Shown: positions 47,071-56,133 of the stretch, in pieces | How the letters are laid out: each line of letters opens with the position of its first letter | Position numbering within the stretch: the first letter of the stretch is position 1 | Assembly (NCBI GenBank): GCA_038227875.1 | Contig: JBBRPR010000023.1 | Location: forward strand, 59,955-123,954 | Source: Planctomycetota bacterium | Lineage (GTDB): Bacteria; Planctomycetota; SZUA-567; H5-PLA8 | Direction: 5' to 3' | Length of the DNA: 64,000 nt | Position numbers and translations under genes: made by a program | Notes under the pieces: model-generated | The model's input: the letters and a program-made list of their open reading frames with translations, nothing else | What the model was told of the DNA's origin: nothing | Database searches by the model: none

Positions 47071-47721
47071 CTACGCGGCCGGGCGGCGCTGCAGCCCGGC
47101 GTAGCGCACGTAACCGCCGATCATGGTGCCGGGGAACATCATGGCGCTGAGAATGATCTTGTAATAGAGCGGCTCGGGCGTGGGCATGGACATGCAGGCG
47201 ACGCAGATGACGGTGCAGATCACGGCCAGTTTGAATTCGGTGCCGGCGGCAATCCGTGCCGCGACGTAGCCGCCCATGATCAGGAACAGAAAACCCGAGA
47301 TCAGATTCACGGGGATGTACCAACCCGGGTAGACGTCGGCGCCTTTGAATTCCGCGGGGAACAGCGCCATCAGCACCACGTCGGTCAGGATCACGGGAAT
47401 CATGATCACGAGGTAGCTGGCGATGATCACGAGCAAACCGCGCAGCGTCAGCGATAACAGGCCGGTCTCCTTGCGGTGCGCCCACAGCAGCGGCCAGAGC
47501 GAACGGAAGACCTGGCCCCAGCACCAGAGCCCCGCACGGAAACGGCCGCGCTGTGGCAGAATCCGAGAGCGGTATTCTTCGATCAGGTCTCCGGGAATCG
47601 CTTCGCGTTCCCGCGTGGGGATCACCAGCGACAACAGGTAGATCGCTGCTCCGGACGGAGATGGAGAAGGGGCCGGCGCAGGGGCGGAGGCGGAGGCGGC
47701 TTCGGACTCAGCAGAGAACAT
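47071..47721 (-). CDS. PadR-associated membrane protein with permease-prefix-like N-terminus
   Basis: 'REAIPGDLIEEY...AGLWCWGQVFRS', then 4 TM segments. Confidence 0.65.
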   Translation of the reverse strand: MFSAESEAASASAPAPAPSPSPSGAAIYLLSLVIPTREREAIPGDLIEEYRSRILPQRGRFRAGLWCWGQVFRSLWPLLWAHRKETGLLSLTLRGLLVIIASYLVIMIPVILTDVVLMALFPAEFKGADVYPGWYIPVNLISGFLFLIMGGYVAARIAAGTEFKLAVICTVICVACMSMPTPEPLYYKIILSAMMFPGTMIGGYVRYAGLQRRPAA

Positions 47722-47759
47722 GGCGTGCAATTCCTTATCAAAATTCAGAAAGTCGTACT

Positions 47760-48089
47760 TTAATTCAAAAGCCGCGCGGGCAGGCCGTTCATCATCTGGC
47801 GCAACGCGAGCTGCGAATGCCGCAGGGCGCGCACGCCGCTGGCGCTGACTTCAAAAAAGCGCTTGGCCTTGCCGCCGCGTTCCGACGTGGGTTCGGAAAG
47901 TTTGGACGAGATGTAGCCCTTCTCTTCGAGGCGGCTGAGCGTGGCGTAGACGGCGCCGATGGAAACATCGCGGCCGGTGCGTTTTGAAATCTCCTGGCGG
48001 ACGGTCATGCCGTAGGCTTGGTCGCCCAGATGCATGAGCGCCAGGAGCACGAGCTGTTCGAACTCACCGAGAAATTCACCTTTGGCCAT
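47760..48089 (-). CDS. PadR-family transcriptional regulator
   Basis: 'LGEFEQLVLLAL...AYG...VSIGAVYATLSRLEEKG...RGGKAKRFF'. Confidence 0.92.
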   Translation of the reverse strand: MAKGEFLGEFEQLVLLALMHLGDQAYGMTVRQEISKRTGRDVSIGAVYATLSRLEEKGYISSKLSEPTSERGGKAKRFFEVSASGVRALRHSQLALRQMMNGLPARLLN

Positions 48090-48090
48090 G

Positions 48091-48148
48091 TTCTACAAAG
48101 TAGAAGAAATGCATCTCCGCGTCAAAAGCTATTTTCTACAAAAGAGAA
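48091..48148 (-). promoter_or_regulatory. Leaderless padR promoter with palindromic operator(s)
   Basis: TTGACG(48125-48120)-N17-TACTTT(48102-48097)-7 nt-ATG; TTCTAC-AAA-GTAGAA at 48091-48105; degenerate copy at 48134-48148. Confidence 0.7.
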
Positions 48149-48265
48149 GTAATCGAATTCCCGGCGGGTGCCGCTGCTTCTTTCACTGGCCGGGAATTCT
48201 TGTTTTCCATTTGGGGGTGTTTCCGATATTATTCAGTATCGACTGAGAAAGGTTTGTGACCGGAC

Positions 48266-49153
48266 GTGACGCCCGAAACGCTCTCCATCATCGCGCTGAT
48301 CTTCTTTGGCATCGGCGCTGCCGCGGCCCTGCTGGGATTCCGCTTTGAGGCGCTGCGTAACAACGCCCTCCAGCTCAGCACCGTCAGCCTGGGGATGCTC
48401 TTTAAGACGGCGGCGATCGGGCTGGGTTGCGCGGTTCAGGATACGCACTTCTTCAACAGCCGGTCGGAGATCTACGGGCTGCTGGCCTGGGCGGTCGGAT
48501 TCTCACTTTTGATTGCGCTGGCGATCTCACTGGCGCGCTCGCTCTCGGCGATTATCTCACCGCTGATCGTGGTGCTGCTGATCCTGGCGCTGGTCTCCAG
48601 CCGCGAATCGACGCCGACGGGAATGCCGGCGGGGCGGCTGTTTGCGATTCACATTGTCACGGCGTTTCTCGGCTACGGCTTGTTCCTCACGGCGTGCGGC
48701 GCGAGCGTCCTCTACCTGGAGCAGGTCAGCCAGCTCAAGCGCAAGGTTTTCGGCGTGCTCTTCAAGGATCTGCCGAGCCTGGAGCGGCTGGAACGGCTGG
48801 AGATGCTCTGCGCATGGGTGGGGCTGGCGGCGTTTACGGTGGCGATCGTGACCGGTGCGATGCAGGCGAACATGCATCAGAAATCGTTCTGGACTGAACC
48901 GAAGTACGTCGCGGCGCTGCTGACGTGGGTGATCTTCGGCGCGCTGGTGATCGGACGGGCGGTCCACTGGCTCAACGGACGCGCGGCGGCGAAGTTCGTA
49001 CTCGCCGGCGCGACCCTGGTGCTGGTGACGCTGGCCCTGAGCCATGGCTTCGACACCCGTCCGGCGTCGATGACCAAGCCAGGCGTGGTGAGCCATGCGG
49101 TTGAGAATTCAACACTGCACATTCAAAATGTGCCGTCGCGGGGGCAATCATGA
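48266..49153 (+). CDS. ccsA: Cytochrome c assembly family protein (CcsA/HemX-like)
   Basis: 8 TM segments; 'HI...FLGY', 'YLEQ..QLK.K.....LPSLERLE', 'WTEPK'; overlaps the hemA start. Confidence 0.8.
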   Translation: MTPETLSIIALIFFGIGAAAALLGFRFEALRNNALQLSTVSLGMLFKTAAIGLGCAVQDTHFFNSRSEIYGLLAWAVGFSLLIALAISLARSLSAIISPLIVVLLILALVSSRESTPTGMPAGRLFAIHIVTAFLGYGLFLTACGASVLYLEQVSQLKRKVFGVLFKDLPSLERLERLEMLCAWVGLAAFTVAIVTGAMQANMHQKSFWTEPKYVAALLTWVIFGALVIGRAVHWLNGRAAAKFVLAGATLVLVTLALSHGFDTRPASMTKPGVVSHAVENSTLHIQNVPSRGQS

Positions 49154-50631
49154 CGACCCCCGCCAACGAATCGCTGGTCCTGGTCGGGCTGTCGCATCAC
49201 ACGGCACCGGTCTCGCTGCGTGAGCGCCTGGCGTTCCGTGCGGAGGACCAGGCGCAAGTGCTGGCGGGAATGCTGGCGCGCGGATTCCGCGAAGCGGTGA
49301 TTCTATCGACCTGCAACCGCGTTGAGATCACGGCCGTATCGCATCGCGACCACTCCCAGGCCCCGGCGCGCGTGCGTGAATTCCTCTCTGAACATCACTC
49401 AGTGCCCGAACACGAATTCAAGTCGGCGCTGTACGAATTGAAGGGCTCGGAAGCCGCGCGGCACATTTTTGAAGTCACGTCGTCGCTGGATTCGCAGATC
49501 CTGGGCGAAAGCGAGATCCTGGCGCAGTCGCGCGAAGCGTTCCGGCATTCGGCGGAGAATGGCGCGTGCGGCGCGGTGCTGCGGGGCGTGTTTGAGCGCT
49601 CGTTCTTCCTCGCCAAGGAACTGCGGTCGGAAGGCGGCATCGGGCGCGTGCAGGCGTCGGTGAGTTCCGCGGCCGTTGCGCTGGCCAACAAAGTGTTTGA
49701 AGTGAAGGGGCGCAAGGTGCTGCTGGTCGGCACCGGCGAAATGGCGACGGGCATCATCCGTGCGCTGCGCTCGGCGGGCGTGAGCGAACTGTGGGTGGCC
49801 AGCCGCACGGCCGAACGCGCGGAGGAATTCGCGAAGCAGGAAGGCGGGAAGCCCTGCCGGATGCAGGACATTGCCGAACAATTGGCGATCGCGGATATTG
49901 TGCTGGTCTCGTCGGCAGCGCCACATTACATGATCGGCCCGGCACAGATGCAGCCGGCGCTGGCCAAGCGCCGTGGCCGGGCGATCTGCATGATCGACAT
50001 CTCGGTGCCGCGCAATGTCGATCCGGCGGTCTCGAAGATGGCCGGCGACATTTTTCTGTTCGACATCGACGATCTGGAAGAAGTCGCGCGCGACGGACGG
50101 CGTGAACGCGAAGCCGTGGCCGCGCGCTGGCGGCCGAAGCTGCTGGAAGAAGCCCGCGGCGTGCTGCGCGAACTGCACGAAACCGGCCCGAAAGAGACGG
50201 CGCGAAAACTCATCACCTACGCCAACGCGCAGCGCGAAGAAGTGCTGCAACTGGCGCGCGTGGCGGGGCTGGACGAGAAAGCCGCGGAGGAACTCTCCCG
50301 CGCGCTGGAACGTCTGCAGGGAAAATTCCTGCACGGTCCTTTGGAGACATTGAAGCAGGCGGCGCGCGAAGGGGACGGGTCGGACGCGTCGTCGTGGGTG
50401 GAGCGGTTGTTCCGCCTGCATGCGGCCGATGCACGAGAGCAGCAGCGCGCGGATGCGGCGGAAAATAAGACGGTTGCGCGGCCCAAGTGCACTCCGCCCC
50501 CTGTTCCAAAAAGCTGCAAGGACCAGCCAGAAGATTCGCGCAGCTCGGGGAACTTGCCCATGTCCAATCCCGGCAAGGGAATACCGCCGGTCGATCTGGG
50601 CGGCGCGACGCTGGCTCAAAGTGGTCCATAA
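49150..50631 (+). CDS. hemA: Glutamyl-tRNA reductase
   Basis: 'GLSHHTAPVSLRERLAF', 'LSTCNRVE', 'SLDSQILGESEILAQ', 'GTGEMA', 'DISVPRNVD'. Confidence 0.95.
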   Translation: MTTPANESLVLVGLSHHTAPVSLRERLAFRAEDQAQVLAGMLARGFREAVILSTCNRVEITAVSHRDHSQAPARVREFLSEHHSVPEHEFKSALYELKGSEAARHIFEVTSSLDSQILGESEILAQSREAFRHSAENGACGAVLRGVFERSFFLAKELRSEGGIGRVQASVSSAAVALANKVFEVKGRKVLLVGTGEMATGIIRALRSAGVSELWVASRTAERAEEFAKQEGGKPCRMQDIAEQLAIADIVLVSSAAPHYMIGPAQMQPALAKRRGRAICMIDISVPRNVDPAVSKMAGDIFLFDIDDLEEVARDGRREREAVAARWRPKLLEEARGVLRELHETGPKETARKLITYANAQREEVLQLARVAGLDEKAAEELSRALERLQGKFLHGPLETLKQAAREGDGSDASSWVERLFRLHAADAREQQRADAAENKTVARPKCTPPPVPKSCKDQPEDSRSSGNLPMSNPGKGIPPVDLGGATLAQSGP

Positions 50632-50771
50632 GTTGCAGTGTGCACTGGCGGAGGTGGACTTTAGCCTTGAAACGCCTCTGTCTTTAGCTAGTGTGTCAGT
50701 TTTGGCTGTCTTTGTTCTCCTGCCCCGCGATCGACAGTGCCGGGGCAAATCGTTTTCCGCGGATCAGATTC

Positions 50772-51485
50772 ATGCAGCGACGGCTCCTCATCATCACCAA
50801 AGAACCGGAGTTCGACGCACGCGACGAAGTGGTGCTGGGGCAGTGTGAGCCGTTTACGTCCGGCTGGTCGCTGAAGATGGTCGACCCCATTGACAAAAAC
50901 AAAGTCGACACCTTGATCGTCGGCACCTACACCGATCTGCGCCGCATCCAGGAATCCTGCGCGCTGATCGACGAGCCGGCGAGCATCCGCCGACGCGTCG
51001 ACGAGCTGCGCAAGCTGCTGACGGCCGGCGTGACGGAGACCGTGGCCGTGCAGTTCGCCAACCGTTCGCCGGTGCTGAACGAAAGCGCAACGGTTGAAAT
51101 GAAAGCCGTGCCCAGCGGCCCGATGATTCCCACGCACACGCCCGGCGGCCTGATGAATCTGGAACCCAACGGCAGCGTGCTGGTCGCCACCGTTGTTCAG
51201 CCCGAACGCGCGGACGACGCGCCGTATTTGAAGACGGAACTGCAGACGCTGCTGAATTGCAAGCCCAAGGCCGTGGTGATGGACCTCGGCCGCGTCCCGA
51301 CGCTTTCGCAGAACGCGTTTAGAGAGCTGGCCGCCGTGCGCGACACGTTGCGCGCCAACGGCAGCACGTTCGCGCTCTGCAACGTGGCCAACGCGCTGCA
51401 GCAGACGCTGAAGAAGATTTCCGACCCGCTCGACGTCTTCCCCACGCAGGCCAGCGCGATGGCGAAGATGGCGACCACGAGATGA
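50772..51485 (+). CDS. STAS-domain (anti-sigma-antagonist-like) protein with N-terminal extension
   Basis: C-terminal 'VVMDLGRVPTLSQNAF...FALCNV...VFPTQASAM'. Confidence 0.65.
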   Translation: MQRRLLIITKEPEFDARDEVVLGQCEPFTSGWSLKMVDPIDKNKVDTLIVGTYTDLRRIQESCALIDEPASIRRRVDELRKLLTAGVTETVAVQFANRSPVLNESATVEMKAVPSGPMIPTHTPGGLMNLEPNGSVLVATVVQPERADDAPYLKTELQTLLNCKPKAVVMDLGRVPTLSQNAFRELAAVRDTLRANGSTFALCNVANALQQTLKKISDPLDVFPTQASAMAKMATTR

Positions 51486-51507
51486 GGACGAGGACTGAAG
51501 ACTGAGG

Positions 51508-51540
51508 AAAAAACTAGCCGCTGAAAGCGGCTAGTTTTTT
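51508..51540. terminator. Bidirectional intrinsic terminator
   Basis: AAAAAACTAGCCGCT-GAA-AGCGGCTAGTTTTTT between convergent genes. Confidence 0.9.
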
Positions 51541-51568
51541 TGTTGGCAGGCGCGAAACGCCGCCGCTG

Positions 51569-51597
51569 TTCTCCCCCCCTTTTCAAGGGGGGGAGAA
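51569..51597. repeat. C7/G7 palindrome (REP-like)
   Basis: TTCTCCCCCCCTT-TTC-AAGGGGGGGAGAA. Confidence 0.6.
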
Positions 51598-51602
51598 TTG
51601 GG

Positions 51603-52547
51603 CTACGGATACAAATCTGTGGACAGGTACTTCAGGCCTGTGTCGCAGCAGAGTGTGACGATCAGGCTGCCGCGTTTGGCTTTTTTTGCGAGCTTCAATG
51701 CTGCGACGACGTTGGCGCCGGAGGAGAAGCCGCCCATGATGCCCTCCTTCGCAGCCAGCAGGCGGGTCATCTTTACGGCTTCGGCATCGGTCACGGCGAT
51801 CGTGCCGTCGACGACGTTGTCGTCGTAAATTCCCGGCTTCAGCGCGTAGCCGCCGCCTTGAATCTTGTGGCTGGTCGAGGTCACTTTCTTTCCGGCCAGG
51901 AACTGCGCGTGGACGGGTTCGGCGGCGAAACACTGGATCGCGGGGTTGCGTTTTTTCAGCGCCTTTGACGTGCCGATCAGCGTGCCGCTGGAGCCGACGA
52001 ACGAAACGAAATGCGTGATCTGGCCGCCGGTCTGCTTCCAGATCTCCGGGCCGGTGCCGCGGGCGTGAGCGTGCACCGAGCCGGGGTTGTTAAACTGGTC
52101 GGGGCGGAAGGCTTTGTATTTTTTGGTGAGCTCCGCGGTCCGCGTTTCGACCAGCGCCAGGTCTTCGCGCGAGACCTGGCCGGGAATGCCGCCGCGCGCC
52201 TGCGGGACGATCTCCACGCGCGCGCCGAACGCACGAATCATCCGCGAGCGCTCCGGCGTGTTGCCGGCGCTCAAGACGGCGATGAACTTGTAGCCTTTGA
52301 CCGCGCAGACCCAGGCCAGGCCGCCGCCCATGTTGCCGCTGGTCTTTTCGACGACGTACTGACCTTTGCGCAGCGCGCCGGCCTTCTCGGCTTCCTCGAT
52401 CACGGTCAGCGCCGGGCGGTCCTTGATCGAGCCGCCGGGCGAGAAGAATTCAAGTTTCAGGGCGATGCGCGCGGGGAGACCTGCGGCGAGGCGGTTCAGG
52501 ACGACAAGCGGGGTGTTGCCGACGGATTCGGTGATCGAGTTGAACAT
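51603..52547 (-). CDS. cysK: PLP-dependent cysteine synthase family protein
   Basis: 'VGNTPL', 'PGGSIKDR', 'TSGNMG', 'QFNNP', 'TGPEIW', 'SSGAN', 'DTGLKYLS'. Confidence 0.85.
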   Translation of the reverse strand: MFNSITESVGNTPLVVLNRLAAGLPARIALKLEFFSPGGSIKDRPALTVIEEAEKAGALRKGQYVVEKTSGNMGGGLAWVCAVKGYKFIAVLSAGNTPERSRMIRAFGARVEIVPQARGGIPGQVSREDLALVETRTAELTKKYKAFRPDQFNNPGSVHAHARGTGPEIWKQTGGQITHFVSFVGSSGTLIGTSKALKKRNPAIQCFAAEPVHAQFLAGKKVTSTSHKIQGGGYALKPGIYDDNVVDGTIAVTDAEAVKMTRLLAAKEGIMGGFSSGANVVAALKLAKKAKRGSLIVTLCCDTGLKYLSTDLYP

Positions 52548-52670
52548 GATGCTCCCGAGAGAGTGGGCATGATTCCTTGGCTCAATCGCGGCGCCACTGC
52601 GATCGCACTGGCAAGGCCGGTCGTTCGCTACGCTCTCGACCGTCCGTGCCAGTGGCACCAGCCATCAAAT

Positions 52671-52703
52671 AAAAACGCAGCGCCAAAACTGCGGCGCTGC
52701 GTT
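52671..52703 (-). terminator. Intrinsic terminator of eno
   Basis: AACGCAGCGCC / GGCGCTGCGTT stem, T-run on the minus strand. Confidence 0.8.
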
Positions 52704-52723
52704 GAGTATAAAGGAATGTCTGC

Positions 52724-54127
<1,404 letters not shown>

Positions 54128-54230
54128 TCAAGCTCGAATGGGAAATGGGGACTCCCCTGTTGCAATTTGTCCGGGCTCCGTTACGTTCCCCTCCTCAACA
54201 ACCACCACAAAATAAAAAAGGAGCACGTCC

Positions 54231-54761
54231 ATGGCTGAGCTGGAAATCCATCATCACGAAGAAGGACACGGCAACGATCCGCTGGGGAAGAAGGTCGGGA
54301 TTCTGGTGGCGATTTTCGCCGTGTGCGTCGCGCTGGTGACGATCAAGGCCCATCGCTCACACACCGAAAGCGTGATGACCAAGGCGGAAGAGAACGACAC
54401 GTGGGCCTACTACCAGGCCAAGAGCATCAAGATGAATGTCAACGAGCTGGGCCGCAACATGGTGACGCTCGCCGCTCCGAAAAACGAAGAATCGGCGAAA
54501 GTGATCGAGACGTATTCAAAGAGCATCGAGAAGTACAAAGAGGAGACCGAGGATCTGAAGAAAGAAGGCAATGCGCTGAAGGAAAAGGTCAAAGTGATCG
54601 AGGCGCACGCGCTCTTTTTCGATCTGGGAGAAGGTCTGCTCGAAATCGCGCTGGTGATGAGTTCGCTTTACTTCATCGCGAAAAAATCAATCTTTCCCAT
54701 CATGGGCACATTGGCCGGACTGGCCGGCGCCGCGATCGCGATCTATGGACTAATCTCGTAA
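54231..54761 (+). CDS. DUF4337-family membrane protein
   Basis: 'NDTWAYYQAKSIK', coiled coil, 'LLEIALVMSS'; AGGAG RBS. Confidence 0.8.
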   Translation: MAELEIHHHEEGHGNDPLGKKVGILVAIFAVCVALVTIKAHRSHTESVMTKAEENDTWAYYQAKSIKMNVNELGRNMVTLAAPKNEESAKVIETYSKSIEKYKEETEDLKKEGNALKEKVKVIEAHALFFDLGEGLLEIALVMSSLYFIAKKSIFPIMGTLAGLAGAAIAIYGLIS

Positions 54762-54793
54762 CCGGGTTATCGTCGGAGCTGTGAAGTCCGCGC

Positions 54794-54823
54794 AGCCGGG
54801 TTCGCGAGAGCCCGGCTTTTTTT
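54794..54823 (+). terminator. Intrinsic terminator
   Basis: AGCCGGGTTC-GCGA-GAGCCCGGCT followed by a T-run. Confidence 0.8.
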
Positions 54824-54852
54824 CAAGCTCCCGCAATCGATCCGGTTCACGC

Positions 54853-56133
54853 ATGGCCAAGCGCCCCGTCCAATCCCTTTCCAGCACGAAAGAGGCGGAC
54901 GGATTCAGCGCGTTTATCTTCCGTTGGATCTGGCAATTTTATACGTGGCGGCTGACGCAGGCCGGGCGCTGGTTTTTCTGGTCGAGCGTCGCATTTCTCG
55001 CCTACACGACCACGTCGCTGGAATTCCAATCGTACATTGCCTTCGGTTTCGTGGTTGCGTTCTGGAGCATCGCCTTTGTGGCGATGTTGCTCTTCAAGCC
55101 GCGCTTTAAGTTGGAACTCGACCACAGTGACCGCGTCTGCGCGGGGGAGATCGCGGCGGTTGACGCGACGGTCACGGCGCTCTCGTCGCCGATCCACCGC
55201 GATTTTCATGTGCTGCCGCACCGCTTGCCGGGCGCTGTCGATGCCACGCCGGAAGAAGGGCAGCCGATTCCGCCGCTGGTCAACGGCCAGCGCGCGCGGG
55301 TGCCGGTGGGATTGAAGTGCCACACGCGTGGCATTTTCAGGCTGCCGGCGTTCCGCGTGGAAACGGATTTTCCGTTCGGAATCTTGCGCTCGTACCAGAT
55401 TTTCAATCATGGGCGGGTGGTGCAGGTCTATCCGAAGTTTGCGCCGCTGACGCAACTGCACATCCCCACCGGACGCAGATATCAACCAGGCGGCGTAGCA
55501 ATGGCCGCGGTGATGGGCGATTCGGTCGAATTCATCGGCAACCGCGAGTACCGAGAAGGCGACAACATCCGCGACATCGACTGGCGCGCGACGGCGCGGT
55601 TGAACAAACCGGTGGTGCGCGAATACAAGGAAGAGTACTTCCTGCGTGTCGCGCTGATTCTCGACACGCATGTGCCGCGCATGCGGCTGGGCGCGGGCGA
55701 GGCGACGCGGCGGGCGGCGTTTGAGCGCGCGGTCTCGCTCTCCGCGTCGATCGGCGATTTCCTCGCGCGGCAGGAGTACGTCGTCGATCTCTTCGCGGCG
55801 GGGCCTCATCTGTATCATCTCATGGCCGGCCGGGGGCTGGCCTATCTCGAGCAGATTCTCGATATTCTCTGCTGCGTCGACGAGAACCCGGAAGAGCCGT
55901 TCGCGGTGATCGCGCCGGAGCTGATGAACAATCTCTCGCGACTGAGTACGGTCATCTGCGTGTTTCTGGATTGGAACGAGACGCGGCGCCAGTTTGTGCG
56001 CACGCTGACGGAACAGGGAGTTGGCATCAAGGTGCTGGTCGTCAGCGACGTGCGCTGCGCGCTGGATCCGGCCGCGGACGGCGTGCGCGTGATCAGCTCC
56101 GCGGATTTTGCGACGGGGATTGCGGAACTGTGA
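54853..56133 (+). CDS. DUF58-domain protein
   Basis: 'FPFGI', 'VYPK', 'EFIGNREYREGDNIRDIDWRATAR', 'LILDT', 'FERAVSLSAS'. Confidence 0.9.
   Translation: MAKRPVQSLSSTKEADGFSAFIFRWIWQFYTWRLTQAGRWFFWSSVAFLAYTTTSLEFQSYIAFGFVVAFWSIAFVAMLLFKPRFKLELDHSDRVCAGEIAAVDATVTALSSPIHRDFHVLPHRLPGAVDATPEEGQPIPPLVNGQRARVPVGLKCHTRGIFRLPAFRVETDFPFGILRSYQIFNHGRVVQVYPKFAPLTQLHIPTGRRYQPGGVAMAAVMGDSVEFIGNREYREGDNIRDIDWRATARLNKPVVREYKEEYFLRVALILDTHVPRMRLGAGEATRRAAFERAVSLSASIGDFLARQEYVVDLFAAGPHLYHLMAGRGLAYLEQILDILCCVDENPEEPFAVIAPELMNNLSRLSTVICVFLDWNETRRQFVRTLTEQGVGIKVLVVSDVRCALDPAADGVRVISSADFATGIAEL

Noticed and set aside
48155..48199. Hairpin GAATTCCCGGC...GCCGGGAATTC as an insertion boundary or IS end
   Set aside because: No matching copy at the other side of the accessory block and no transposase; function unassigned.
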